A stretch of 63,752 nucleotides of DNA, counting the filler, from Reclinomonas americana ATCC 50394 (lineage: Eukaryota), in assembly GCA_048213135.1 (NCBI GenBank). It is 13 parts of 7 records of this genome, joined end to end, with 100 filler letters (N's around TTAATTAATTAA, not from the genome) between each part and the next. Parts side by side here need not be neighbours in the genome. Positions count along the whole stretch, not along the records: positions 1 to 4,187 come from PS015801.1; positions 4,288 to 9,471 come from PS015801.1; positions 9,572 to 18,753 come from PS015802.1; positions 18,854 to 26,756 come from PS015802.1; positions 26,857 to 28,972 come from PS015803.1; 8 more parts are not named here. One strand, written 5' to 3'. Position numbers and translations under genes: made by a program. Shown here one piece after another: positions 1-28,603 of this stretch. Position 1 is the stretch's first letter, and each line of letters begins with the position of its first letter. The notes beneath the pieces are model-generated. The model searched no databases, was not told the origin of the DNA, and was given only the letters and a program-made list of their open reading frames with translations.

Positions 1-38
<38 letters not shown>

Positions 39-77
39 CTGTGCTTCGTCCTGCACGCTGTCCTTTTTGCATTTGAA

Positions 78-1654
78 ATGTTCCTGCTTCTGTCGAGAGC
101 ATCGTCGCTTTCGTCGCGTTTTGGTGCGGTTTCGTCGCGTTTTGGTGCTGCTTTGGTCGCCGCCACGAGAGGCTTCGCAGTGGCGGCGACTGATGCGAAG
201 ACGAACAGCAGTGATGTTTCGTACACTGAGCGATCACTGGTCTCCCGTGTCTCTCTCTCTCATTCACTGACAACATGCACTGTCTTCTCACTCATTCTCA
301 CACTCTTTTCAAACACAGCGTTTGCTTCACTGATTGCAATCAGTCGTTCTTTAATCACTCATCGTTCTTCACCCTTCCTTCCGCACGCACTGTTTGGCAC
401 TCACCCCTGCACTGTTGCACTCATCCTATATCCCTTCCCCTCACTCCCTTCCAACTCTTTCACACAGTCTTCAATCTCAGCACTGTTTGCAATCACTCGG
501 CCTTTACTCTTTGCACTGTTGCCCTCATCCATTCCTTCCACTGTCAAACGCAGCCTTCATTCTCTGCAATCATCGTTCCGACGCTTTCAAATAGTCTTCA
601 CTCACCACATTTCTTCCATCCCCGTTCCCTTCCACTCACTGACTCACTCACTCGTTCAAACGCAGCCTTTGCTCTTTGCACTGGTGCCCTCATCCATTCC
701 TTCATTTGTTTGCCTACTCCCTTCCACTCATTCACTCTTTCAAACACAGTCTTCAGTCTCCCAATCTCCCAACTTTATGCAGTCATCCTTTCCCTTCCAC
801 TCACTCACTCCCTCGTTCAAACGCAGCCTTTGCTCTTTGCACTGGTGCCCTCATCCATTCTTCATTTGTTTGCCTACTCCCGTCCACTCATTCACTCTTT
901 CAAACACAGTCTTCAATCTCCCAATCTCCCTTCTTTATGCAGTCATCCTTTCCCTTCCGCTCACTCACCATGTCAAACACAGCCTTTACTCGTTGCACTG
1001 TTGCCCGCATCCATTCCTTCCACTGTCAAATACAGCCTTCACTCTCTCCACTGTTTCACTCACTCCCTTCCACTCACTCACTCTTTCCCTTTCCCTTCTT
1101 CCCTTTCCCTTCCCCCCTTTCCCCCTTCATCCCCCTCCCAGGCCACCCCCCGTCGCGCCATCAACATTGGCGACTACGCCGAGCTGCGCCGCACATACAC
1201 CGAGGAGGACCTCGTGCGCTTCGCCGACCTGTCGCTGGACACCAACCCGGCGCACTTCGACGACGAGTTTGCGCGACAGCTGATGCCCGCGGCGCCGTTC
1301 AAGAGTCGCCTCGTGCACGGCGTGCTCACTCTGTCGCTGGTGTCGGGCGTGCTGGGGAGGTGCTTGCCCGGCGCCGGCGCGATTCTCATGAACATGGACA
1401 TCAAGTTCTCGCGACCCGTCTACCTGAATGAGCAGGTGGTGGCGCGCGCCGAGGTCGCCAGCATTCGCGACGATAAGAAGCTGGTGACCATGGCGGTGTC
1501 GGCACGCAATCCGCAGTCGGAGGTGGTGCTGTCGGGCACCGTCCTCGTCAAGTATCTGTGGTTGCATGAGGCGGTGCCGCCAGTGGCCGCGTCGACGGAG
1601 CTCGGCAGCAGCGCGCAGCAGCGTTCTGACCCGGCCATCAAGTGGGAGAAGTAG
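78..1654 (+). CDS. MaoC-like hot-dog-fold dehydratase (HTD2 / (R)-enoyl-CoA hydratase-like) with probable mitochondrial targeting peptide; 2 exons (78-215, 1142-1654)
   Basis: Exon 2 has FADLSLDTNPAHFD and LVHGVLTLSLVSGVLG, the MaoC hydratase motifs. Exon 1 is an Arg/Ser/Ala-rich N-terminus. The intron GAT|GTTTCGT...CCCAG|GCC keeps frame. Confidence 0.85.
440..1060. repeat. Degenerate ~165-bp tandem repeat inside the MaoC intron
   Basis: The block tcgttcaaacgcagcctttgctctttgcactggtgccctcatccattc recurs at ~653 and ~814, with weaker copies at ~500-560 and ~970-1040. Confidence 0.8.
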
Positions 1655-1802
1655 CAGGCCCAGATAAGTGAGTGGGTGAATACGTAAAAAAAAAACGGCG
1701 CAGCCTCAACAAGTACAATGCGGGTGGTTGGAGGGTGGAGAATGGTAAAGAAAGGGAAAGCAGTTGCAGTGTGAAAGGAAAAGAGAGGTGGGAAAGTGGT
1801 TT

Positions 1803-3885
1803 TTAGCGGCTGCCGCTGGCGCCGGCGACCTGCACCTGGTTGCGCTCGCACAGCATCCTGAGCAGTGGGGGAAGGGGTGAGAGAATGATTGGGAACAAAG
1901 AGAGGTGTGAGGGAGAGGCGACGCAACAGTGTGGCGATGAAGCACACAATCATCTTGGTGTTGACCTGTCAGACGCAAACGAATGTAAGAAACGAGAACA
2001 GGAAAGGTGTTTGCCATTGCCGCGACTCACCTCCACCAAGTCCTCCCACCTGCAAGATGCATAGTCGGTGAGCAATTCGATCAAGAAACAGGAGGAGCAG
2101 AAAAGCTACGAGGCCAAGAACAAGCACCGGTACTGTTTCCCTCGTAAACACTCGCTGTTGCTTGCTTTCTCTCTCCGAGCACTCACTCACTCCCTCTTTC
2201 TCTCTCCCACTCACTCCCTCATTCTCTGCGCACGAATGAGTGCATGGTCAAGAACCACGACAAAGGTCTTCTCCGCCTTGACGCGGCCAATCGGTGCATC
2301 CTCACTCTTTCTCTCTGTCTCGGACTTTGTCGAGAACCTTAAAGAGCTTCTACGATCTGCTTGTAGAAGCAGTCATTCTGTGTCTCAGCTTGTTCTCCAT
2401 CTCTCTTGTGCACTCACGCGCGTCAAGTCTGGCGGAGTTCTGAGCCTCTCGATCCAAAGCGCACACTGCGAGATGGAGTGGAGGCCACACAACAGCCTTT
2501 CCATTTTTCTCTTCCCGCCCTCCCTCTCCCTCTCCCTCTCTCTCTCTTTCCTCTTCCTCTCCCTCTCCTTCGCCCTCTCCCTCTCCCTCTCCCTCTCCCT
2601 CTCCCTCTCCCTCTCCCTCTCCCTCTCCCTCTCCCTCTCCCTCTCCCTCTCCCTCTCCTTCCCTCTCCCTCTTCACTCCCAAACGCAACAGGCAGAAAAG
2701 CGTGCCACCAATGGCACGAGCCACCGACAAGGCGTACTTGGCGTTGAGCTCCTTCTCCTCGGCTGTCCCTCCAGATGAGTCACGAGAAAAAATTACAGAA
2801 ACTCCTATTCCTCCAATCACGCACCACTGACACCCGGAGTCACCATGTCGTAATTGACGACACCTGGCCGCACGGCATTACACAGATCGAGAAGGAAGGC
2901 GCCGGTGGAGATGGTCGGGTCGTTGGTGTCGCTGATCGACGACGACTTGCCGGAGGCGGCGACCTTGTTGTTGGCCCACGCCACCAGCTCCTTGTCGGTG
3001 ATGTCGCGACCGCCTTGCGACAACTTGCGAATGGTGGCCACCAAGTTGTAGCGCATCATTTGCCATATCAGAGCTGAAGCAACGATGAACGACAACCACA
3101 AGGGTAGTATCAACAGAGCAGCAGATCCAGCTTACCGAGAATGAGCTTCTTGTTCTTCTGCACAATGTCAGTGCCGTCGATGCCGACCAACGAGAACTTG
3201 TGCTGATGACCAATGGCCACAACGTAGTTGCAGTTCTCGCCTTTTTGGTACACGTTTCGCGGGTTCATCTTGGCCTTCTTCCAGTCCACACAGCCAGCGT
3301 CAATCACATCCCAGGTCTGCCGAAAAAACAAAGTGGAATGATTGAAAAAGATAAGCACAGGCAACGCGGCAAGAGAACGACGCGCACCTGCAGCAGCGCA
3401 ATGCCATCGTTGACGTCCTCGAACAGGTTGTTGACGTCGACGCCCAAACTGCGCAGCCAGAAGCGGAAGGCTACAGAGGCGGCAAGGTGAGCAACATTGT
3501 GCACGACATCGCACTCCCCTCCGCATCTGCCACTCACCGCGCTCCTCACGCGTGCCCTCCTCGTCGAACGCCATCAGCGCATTGACGCCCTGCTTCTCGG
3601 CGTCGCTCAGCTTCGCCATCGCACCGTCGGTCTTGTTGAAGAGATCGGCGATGAACGCAAGGTTGAGGCGACCGAAACCCTGTTGGTGAGGGAGCGTGAT
3701 GAGCTTTGGCCATGCACTGCCGCTGCATACTCGAACGCAACTCCCAAAATCGACTGCGGGCTGATGAACTTGGAGCAGTGGACCTTCTCGCTCTCAATGT
3801 CCACGGACTTGGCGCGCTCCTCCAACGACGGGTCGCTGAGGATGTCCAGCGATGTGCGGCCGCCGGTGGCGATGTGCAGGAGGTG
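1803..3885 (-). CDS. Fimbrin/plastin, C-terminal calponin-homology domains; 5' part not resolved (assembly gap)
   Basis: Spliced translation gives PQSILG-GFGRLNLAFIADLF, EGTREERAFRFWLRSLG, ENCNYVVAIG, LILALIWQMMRY, EEKELNAKYALSVARAIG and LWEDLVEVNTKMIVCFIATLM, matching the fimbrin actin-binding domains. Stop TAA at 1803-1805. Confidence 0.93.
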
Positions 3886-4131
3886 CTGTGGTTGGGGGAA
3901 AGGAGGGTGAGGAGGGGAAAAAGGGAAAGGGAGAGCGCGAGGGATATAAGATCGGCAAAGTCGCTTTTCACTATTTGCACAATCCGAGTGTGCGAGGAGA
4001 GGGCAGATGAAAAGAGAGGTGGAGGGAGGGAAAGATTGCATGAGGAGACAGGAGAGGATGTGAAAGACAGGGGAGGTGTGCGGCAAAGGTGCATGCTGCC
4101 AGAGAAGAGAAAGCAAAGGCGTGTGGGGCAG

Positions 4132-4168
<37 letters not shown>

Positions 4169-4289
4169 GGAGATGCTGAGAGTGTCGNNNNNNNNNNNNN
4201 NNNNNNNNNNNNNNNNNNNNNNNNNNNNNNNTTAATTAATTAANNNNNNNNNNNNNNNNNNNNNNNNNNNNNNNNNNNNNNNNNNNNAA

Positions 4290-20233
<15,944 letters not shown>

Positions 20234-20258
20234 CTGAAGAGAAGAGGGAAGAGTGAGC

Positions 20259-20329
<71 letters not shown>

Positions 20330-20955
20330 NNNNNNNNNNNNNNNNNNNNNNNNNNNNNNNNNNNNNNNNNNNNNNNNNNNNNNNNNNNNNNNNNNNNNNN
20401 NNNNNNNNNNNNNNNNNNNNNNNNNNNNNNNNNNNNNNNNNNNNNNNNNNNNNNNNNNNNNNNNNNNNNNNNNNNNNNNNNNNNNNNNNNNNNNNNNNNN
20501 NNNNNNNNNNNNNNNNNNNNNNNNNNNNNNNNNNNNNNNNNNNNNNNNNNNNNNNNNNNNNNNNNNNNNNNNNNNNNNNNNNNNNNNNNNNNNNNNNNNN
20601 NNNNNNNNNNNNNNNNNNNNNNNNNNNTGTGTGCGTCGATTGGTGATGCGCAAGAGAGTGCAGTGAGAGAGTGAGTGAGGAGAGTGAGCAGTCTGGCGCG
20701 CGCAGGCAGAGTGGGTGTGTGCGCGCGCGAGTGAGTCACTGTGACTGTGCGACTGACGTGTATCAGCACGCACGTCTCTCTTCTCTCGCTCTCTCTTTGC
20801 CTCACAACGTTTATATTGCACACAAATTGGTATCTCGAAATGGCAGTCAGGTGCATCTCTCTCAACTTTTCACTCCGTACGGTGCGCTCTGTACACCATC
20901 CAAGGAAACGAAGAGAAAAAGTGACGCACACGAGTGGGTTACTCGGCGTGGATGT

Positions 20956-23379
20956 TCACAACTTGGATTCGACCACGGTGATTTTGAAGGAGCCTGCGAG
21001 AGGAGAGTCGTGAGGCCACGCGTTTTGTGAACAAGCTGGGAATTATGCGCCCCGTGAGTGACGGAGTGTGCTTGCGTGTTTGTATGAGCTTGCACTCGGT
21101 GTTAAGCATGCTCTCCAGTGGTGTGTGTAAAGGCAGAGAAGAGTGAGAGAGTGAAGAAGATCTGGCGGGAAGAAACGGTCGTGTGTTCGGACGAGACTGC
21201 GTGAGAGATGGAGGGCGGAGAAGGAAGAGAGGGAGGGGGAGGGAGGGAGAGAGAGAGGGGGAGAGTGAAGGGGAAGAGAGAGATGGAGAAAAAATCTTGT
21301 GCGCGCAAGACACATGAGAGTGATCAAATGTGGAAAACGTGATGAGACACTGCATGTTGCGCTACGTTCACTAAGAGCAGAGAGAGGGAGAGAAGCAGTG
21401 GGGGCAACAAGGAAACAGGGGAAGGGGGGAGAAGGTGAGCAAAGGATGGGGGAAGGAAGAGAGAGAGGGGAGGGTAAGAGGGGAAGGGAGAATTTTTGGA
21501 GAGTGAGATGAGCGTTGAGGGAAGGAGGGATGAGCACTGGGGGAAAGAGAGAGGGAGCACTGGGGGCAGGAGTGGTCTGGAGCACAGGATGCGCAAGCGG
21601 GAAGAAACGCCATTCGCGAGAAGAAACGCATTTCAGAAAACGCAATTCAAAACACACTGCTGGAGTCACTCACACAAACAAAGAGGAGATAACACACTGG
21701 GTGCATTTCAACCGCTGGCCTCAATCTTGCGTGAAGAGTGCGTCTGCTTCTAACACCACTGATGCATGATTCAGCTGCCGGTTTTGAGAACTGCATCATA
21801 TTCTTTCACCACCCGCACAATTCTTCTCTCCCTCATCTCAAATACGAAGAACCCAGCTCACGCATACAAGACACAATGCCTTCTCCACAAAGGTGCCTCT
21901 GCTCACATCGAACACAGGAGGGCCATTGTCAACTCCCCGTTGTCTCATCTTCCTGGTTTCCTTTTCTCTCTTCTTCCCTCCTTCCCTCCTCCACTTTCGC
22001 GAGAGATGCACGCTCTCATCGAGAATGTCAAACGCGTCTGTTCTCAGTAATGACGACGACTCTCACAAAGCTAAACTCAGCGCCGGAATTGACAATGATC
22101 ACTCAGAACGCACGGCATCTGTCTTCTCACACGTCAAGGACCTCTCTCTCCCTTTCCCTCTCCTCGCCCCACACTCACATGATGGCAAATCGTGCACCTC
22201 CGGCTGCACCGTAGCCTTGATTCCAAGCGACGACAGAATGCCGCCAATCATGCCTGCCGGGTATTGGAGAAACTCGACCGCTCGTCGCTTGGCCGCCTCC
22301 GACGAGGCGGCGGAGAGGCGTCGCAGCCACGGGAACTTGTGGTCGGAGAGCACAAAGACATCCTTGCTGGTGTTCGTTTTCAAATTGTCGGCGTGCTTGT
22401 GGAACAGTTGCGACCAGCACTCGATGCACAGGAACTTGAACACATCCAAAATGTCGCCGGTGGCCGGCGGTGCAGCGTGCGGGTGATTCGGAGATGTCGA
22501 CGTGGCTGGAGCGTGTGGACGAGAGTAGCCGAGCCGCTGCCCTAGCCGCTCACCGGCCTCACGACCAATGGCCTCCAGGCTGCGCTCCAGCACACCTCGG
22601 TCACCACCCGCCGCCGCCGCCACCGCAACCGAGGATGCAGGTCCCGACGCGCCACCACCGGCCGCAGCCAGCGCGCGCGACGACGACCACCGTGATTTTG
22701 AGCGGCCATCGTCGCTCGGGCTGGCCGTCGCCGCCGCCGCCGCCGAGGACGATGACGGAGCCGGAGGTGCATCAGCCGCCGCCGCCGCCTTGGCACGATA
22801 GTGATTCACAATAGCAATGTGCAGCGCCTCCAGCAGCGACAGCGACACCTTTTTGGCGAGACACTCGCAGTGAGCCACACCACTGGCGGAAGCAACAATG
22901 TACGGTGGAGAACAAACCTCTCGTCGAGTCTTGAACCGCGACGCGCCACTCGCACTCATACTGCCCGCACCCACACCACCCGCCTTGCCCGACGCGCCTC
23001 CCAGCCCTCCACTGCCACCACCCAGTCCACCACCGCCAATCCCAACTCCTCCGCTCGCCGTCAGCGGCATCGAGGCCATGGAGAGCGCAGGGATGCCGGC
23101 CGCCGAGAACGCCGCATTCCCACTGGAGGCGACCACTGCGGCGGTGAGGGAGGAGAGCGGGGCGGGCACGTAGCCGACTCCGCTGACACTGCTCAGGCCG
23201 GGAGAGGCGGCGGCCGTGCCTGCGGTGGCGGAGGAGGAGGGGCCGCCAGGAGAGGAGGCAGCAGCAGCTGCAGCGGCGGCGGTGCCGGGGGCCGAGGATT
23301 CGCCGAGAAGAGCGGCGGCCGAGGCCATCATTGCCGCGGCGGAGGAGGATTGTTGGCGGTAGCCGCTGCCCGAGGCCAT
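20956..23379 (-). CDS. TRAPPC6: TRAPP complex subunit 6 (Trs33, Bet3 family) with long Ala/Gly/Ser low-complexity insertions
   Basis: LEAIGREAGERLGQRL, DILDVFKFLCIECWSQLFHKHADNLKTN and FLQYPAGMIGGILSSLGI. Last exon 20956-20993 completes LPSCSFKITVVESKL*. Confidence 0.88.
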
Positions 23380-23454
23380 TCTGAAGGGGGAGAAGGAGAG
23401 AAGGGATGAAGGGAGAAGGGAGGGAAAGGGAAAGGGAAGGGTGAGAAAGGGGAG

Positions 23455-24200
23455 AGAGGATAGATGTGAAGAAAGAGTGTGCGATAGTGCGAGAGTGTGT
23501 GAGAGTGTGCGAGAGTGTGCGAGAGTGAGTGTGTAAGTGCAAGTGTGCAAGTGCAAGAGCGTGACAGTGAGTGAGTGTGAGTGAGACTGTGTGCGAGAGA
23601 GGTAGAAAGTTTGAGAGGACAAGAAATGAAGAAAGAGTGTGTGAAAGTGTGCGAGAGTGTGCGAGAGTGAGTGTGTAAGTGCAAGTGTGCAAGTGCAAGA
23701 GCGTGACAGTGACTGAGAGTGAGCACGCGTGCGTGAGAGGAAGCAAACGGAGAAAGATATTTGTGATTCAGGCGACGCCTAATCTCTCGCTTGATCAGTC
23801 TCGGAGCCTGGTGTTCCTCCCCTACAGAAGCTCGCCTCTTCACACACATACACACACACGCACGCACTGAAGAGGAACACGACAGAGAGAACGAAAGGTG
23901 AAAGGTATTTGAGAATGTAGGTGACGCCTAATCCCTCGTGTTGTCAGCCTCTGAGCACAGGTTGCGTCTCTTATAGATGCTCACCTCGTTACACTGACAC
24001 ACACTGAAGAAGCACAACAACGAAGACAGACAGAGAGAAGGAAGACGAGGAGAGAACATGAGAAGATATTTGAGAATAGGTGAGCGCCTTCTGATGCCTA
24101 ATCCCTCTCTGAGCACAGGTTGCCTCTCTGACAGATGCTCACCTCTTTACACTGCCACGCACTGAGAAGAACAACAACGAAGACAGACAGAAAGAAAGGC
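23455..24200. repeat. Degenerate tandem duplications in the divergent intergenic region between TRAPPC6 and the SDR gene
   Basis: gagagtgagtgtgtaagtgcaagtgtgcaagtgcaagagcgtgacagtga occurs at ~23520 and ~23663. A gacgcctaatc...gagcacaggttgc...agatgctcacctc...acactg unit occurs three times (~23770, ~23922, ~24093). Confidence 0.7.
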
Positions 24201-24242
24201 GAGCTGATTTGTCTCCTTCCAGTCTCTCTCTCTCTCTCTCTC

Positions 24243-26222
24243 ATGCGCGCACTGCTTGTGGCCAGCGCGCAGCTTGCGCTCCTGCTCGCGCTCTCTCCAC
24301 TGGTGATTGCACTGGTGATTGTACCGGCGGCGGTGGTGTTTGCGCTGGGAGATGCGTGGCGTGCGGTGCGACAAGGGCGATGGAGGTGGTGGCAGCAACA
24401 GCAAAAGGAGAAGAAGAGTGGGAATGGGGGAGAGTATGATGCGGTGTTGATCACGGGAGCGACGGGAGGCATTGGTGAGGAGAATGGGAGGAGAATGCAT
24501 GGAGAATGGGGGGAAAAGGGGAGGAGAATGGTAGGAGAACAAGAGCTTGCCTGCGAGCTGGAGAATGCAACAGGAAGCAGAGAATCTGCAGAATGTAAGA
24601 GACTGAGTGGCGCAACAAGGTGGTGGCAGCATAAGGAGAAGAAGAGTGGAGGAGAGTATAATGCGGTGTTGATTACGGGAGCGACTGAGGAAAGGGGGAG
24701 GAGAATGCATGATGAATGGGAGGGAAAAGGGGATGAAAATGCATGCTAAACGCAAGGAGAACAAGAAGAGAGATGCTTGCTTGAGGTGTACAGTGGGGAA
24801 AGAGGTACAGCTGGACGTACAGTGCATACAGAAAGAGGAGAGCAAGAATCTGCAGAGTGTAAGAGCAGAACTTTTGAGAAGTGAAACAAGGGCGATGGAG
24901 GTGGTGGCAACAGCAACAAAAGGAGAAGAAGAGTGGGAATGGAGGAGAGTATGATGCGGTGTTGATTACGGGAGCGACGGGAGGCATTGGTGAGGGGAAT
25001 GGGAGGAGAATGTGGGGAAAAGGGGAGGAGAATGGTAGGAGAACAAGAAGTGAGAAGAGCTTGCTTGTGAGAGGTACGCGGGCTGGAGAATGCAACAGGA
25101 AGCAGAATCTGCAGAGTGAGAGAAGATCTTCTGAGTGTCCATGGCCAACAGAAGGACGAGAACAGCGAAGATGGCGGTGTTGATTACGGGAGCATTGAGG
25201 AAAGGGGTAGGAGAAAGCATGAAGAATGGGAGCTGAATGCTGGTGAGAAAGAGAGCCACAGCCGGAGACCACTATCATGCAAGAATGGCATGTGTAAGCA
25301 CCTGCGAAGATCAGTGGAATGTAGCAGGAACGAGAGTGCTGCGGGAGGCGCAATACTCACGCCGGAAGTTACAATTCCTTTCTGACAACTTTCTCTCCTC
25401 AAAAGGCGAGGCCCTTGCCCTGGAATACGCCGCCGCCGGCGTGTTTCTGGCGCTGACGGGGCGCGACGAGTCGCGTTTGGAGACGGTGGCGCAGGCGTGT
25501 CGCGATAAGGGAGCGACGGTGGTGACGCGCACTCTGGATGTGACGTCGCGCGCCGACATGGAGCAGTGGGTGCGTGACGTCGATGCGCAGCGCAAGCTGA
25601 AGCTGGTGATCGCCAATGCCGGAGTGTCGGCGAGTACGCTGGGAGCGGGAGTGGCGCCCGAGGAGGCCACCAACGCCATCTGGGAGACCAATGTGCTCGG
25701 CTGCGTCAACACCATCATGCCGGTGCTGCCGCGCATGGAGGCCGACGGGTGTGGTCACTTGGTGGCTGTGTCGTCGCTGGCCTCGTACTTCCCCACCGAC
25801 ATGTCGCCGGCGTATGCGGCCAGCAAGGCCGGCGTGCGCATGCTGTTCGAGTGCATGCGACTCAAGCACCGCGGCCGCGTCAACTTTTCCGTGGTGTGCC
25901 CCGGCTTCGTGCGCACGAAAATGTCCGAGTCACTGAAACTGGTGCGTGCCGCAGCATCCATCTGCTCCCATCGCCTCACTCCTCATTCGCTCCGCAGAAG
26001 TCGATGCCGTTCGAGATGACACCGGCCGACGCCGCCATCCGCATCCGTCGCGGCATCGAGGCCAACGAGGCCGTGATTGCATTCCCGTGGCTGGCGCACT
26101 TTGTGGTGTGGACGCTCAGCACGCTGCCGCCGGCCATTCAAGATGCGCTGCACGCTAGTGTGCGCACCGTGATGTCGTGCCTGAATAGATTCCGCAAGGC
26201 GCCGAAGCAGCGCGATAGTTGA
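24243..26222 (+). CDS. Classical short-chain dehydrogenase/reductase with N-terminal membrane anchor; 3 exons
   Basis: Splicing ATT G|GTGAGG (24474) to AAAAG|GC (25406) gives VLITGATGGIGEALALEYA. Also IANAGV, catalytic YAASKA, VVCPGFVRT and a hydrophobic N-terminus. Confidence 0.9.
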
Positions 26223-26435
26223 GAGGGAGAGAGTCGTGTGAACCCGAGAGTCCGACTTATTAAAAGAATGGAACGATTGATGGTGGAGCACAACTGGCCG
26301 CACAAAGCAATCGTCTGTACAATAAATAGCCGGCATCGCTAACCTGAAGCAAAAAAGGAAACACACATAGAGCTCATTATAAAATACACAATGTCCGTCA
26401 ACAAAAAACAAACAAAGAAAAACTCTGCCGACAGC

Positions 26436-28423
26436 TCAGTGCGCGGCAACGGCATCAGGTGCGGCATCGGCGGCAGCCACCTCCTGCACAGACTTCTTGG
26501 CGACAGGGCGACTGAGAATGGAGTAGCCTTGCATGACAGCCAGTGCGAGACCGCTGGCCAGGCCCAGCGGGCCGCGAGGGTCGTACATGTATATCGGCAG
26601 AAGCACCCACCACCACCAGCGGCCGACAATGGTGCGGGTGAGACCGCACCTCTTGGCCAGTGCGTCCATCGAGAGGGCGTGGTTCTGTGAGAAGCGAAGG
26701 GGAAGGGGAAAGGGTTAGAAGAGAAAGAGGGGGAGGGAAGGGGGAAGGGAAGGGAANNNNNNNNNNNNNNNNNNNNNNNNNNNNNNNNNNNNNNNNNNNN
26801 TTAATTAATTAANNNNNNNNNNNNNNNNNNNNNNNNNNNNNNNNNNNNNNNNNNNNAGAGAGGAAGAGCGACAGCAGGGGGGAGGAAGACGGAGCTATCG
26901 AACTACTCGTTACCCTTGCTCCTTGACAAACACACGCACCACCAGCAAATGCGCAAACATGCTCGTCGGATTCAGCGGGTCGCACAGAGGACCGGCACTG
27001 ATAAAGAAGATCGCCGCGAGGAACTCGAACGACAGCGTGTGCGGCTTGGAGAGCATGTTGACGATGGTGCCGATGCCAGCCGCCGCCGTGATGCCAATCA
27101 GCACAGCCTGAGCCACCAGTCGCAGCTCGGTGACGCCCAGCGGCAGCAGCAGCGTGGCGTACGCCGGCAACAGCACGTCCTCCGCGCAGAAAATGAAAAA
27201 CGTCAGGTGTGGCCGATATGCCAACTGACACACACAAACCAAACAAAGCAAATGAGTCGCGACTGAAGCAACAACACACACACTCACAAGGCGCGACGAC
27301 AATACCTTGCCAGAAGCATAAGCAGCCGGCGGCGGACCCAGTGCATCATCGAAAATACCGAAGAAATCGGCCATGCACCACACGCGGAAAGCGTACACAT
27401 TGAAGCTCTCCAATCCGACGCCGTGGAACAAAATGTACCACTGCAGCGGCTGATACAAGCAATCCCTGACACGCGCGCGCAGAATCGACAAGGGTGAGTG
27501 CGTCTGTGAGCACAGAATCCCCCAAGGCAGACTCACATGGCGTGATCCAGGTACTCGCCCAGAATGCTCGTACGCTTGGTCAGACGCGCGTGCACGCCAT
27601 CAAGCGCATCAAAGCCCCAGTAGAGCGAGCTGAGGAGGAGCAACGCAGAGTGAGGGCAAAGAGATAGAAGGGAAGAGGGGAAGAGCAGAAGAGAGATAGA
27701 ACATTTCACAAGTGATCGCCAACAAGTCTCCTTGTGCTGATCAAAGAGCACATGCACAGAAGGTGTTCGTGTACAGCTAATGCCCTTCAGGTGCACGGAT
27801 AAAGCGTCGCAAATCTATATGTAATCGACTCGCTGTGCTGTATCACTCGGACATGCGCATCTTTGTGTGCGGCTCCTCACACAAGCACCCACACAACTCG
27901 CTCACTCGCTCCTCACATGAGTGCCTTTGAGAGGGGGAGGAGGAGGAGGAGGAGGAGTGTGGAAGAGGAGGATCGCCAAGAAGGAGAGGACACAGAGTGA
28001 TCCTCTCTGAGCAAGAGAGTGTGTGAGAGAGAGAGTGTGTGTGTAAGTGTGTGAGGGAGTGCGTGTGAGTGGGTGTGAGAGAGTGTGTGAGAGAGAGGTA
28101 CCCAACAGCGCCACAAAGGTGACCCAACGAGGCGGAGTCGACCAGTCCGTTACGCTCTTGGACGCTAGCAGCTCATGCGGAGGCCACAAGTGATCATCAA
28201 GCGCAGCAGCAGAAGCAGAAGAGGAGGCTGTCACTGGCATCGCCGAGGCGGTGGACGAGAGGGAGTGGGAGGTAAAGTAGGAGAGCCACCAGAGACAGTG
28301 CACGGCCTGAATGACAATGTTGGTGAGGGTGATGTGATTCGGAGTCACCCAGTGGGGGAGTGCGGCCGAGGTGGCGCGGGTGATGGCGTCCCACAGCTCC
28401 CAGGTTGCTCGTGGGAAGCGCAT
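26436..28423 (-). CDS. CDP-alcohol phosphatidyltransferase (choline/ethanolamine phosphotransferase-like)
   Basis: LPHWVTPNHITL and the family signature FDALDGVHARLTKRTSILGEYLDH, plus several hydrophobic segments. Spans one N-gap. Confidence 0.88.
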
Positions 28424-28603
28424 GGCGAGGAAGAAGAAGCACCCTAACGATCGCGAACCCGGACGAACGGGTGTCCAAAAAGATTTGTCCAACAACAATG
28501 GGAGTTTCAAAAGAACAAAAGCACACAAACAGCTTTCCTAATCCCAGCAGCAACACGGCTGCATGATTATCACCATCATGAGTGAGCACCAGAAACTGAG
28601 ATA

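Noticed and set aside
78..1431. Long overlapping Ser/Leu/His/Pro-rich ORFs (401, 459 and 251 aa)
   Set aside because: Read-through of a pyrimidine-rich repetitive intron. Only 78-215 and 1142-1654 look coding.
2765..2824. Apparent GAG acceptor in a fimbrin intron
   Set aside because: The nearby CAG acceptor gives VTPGVSAEEKELNAKY, which matches fimbrin spacing better.
4232..4243. TTAATTAATTAA centred in many N-runs (also near 9516, 18798, 26801, 29017, 32078, 38022, 42991, 53217, 56649, 59533, 61864)
   Set aside because: Artificial scaffolding spacer with stops in all six frames, not biological.
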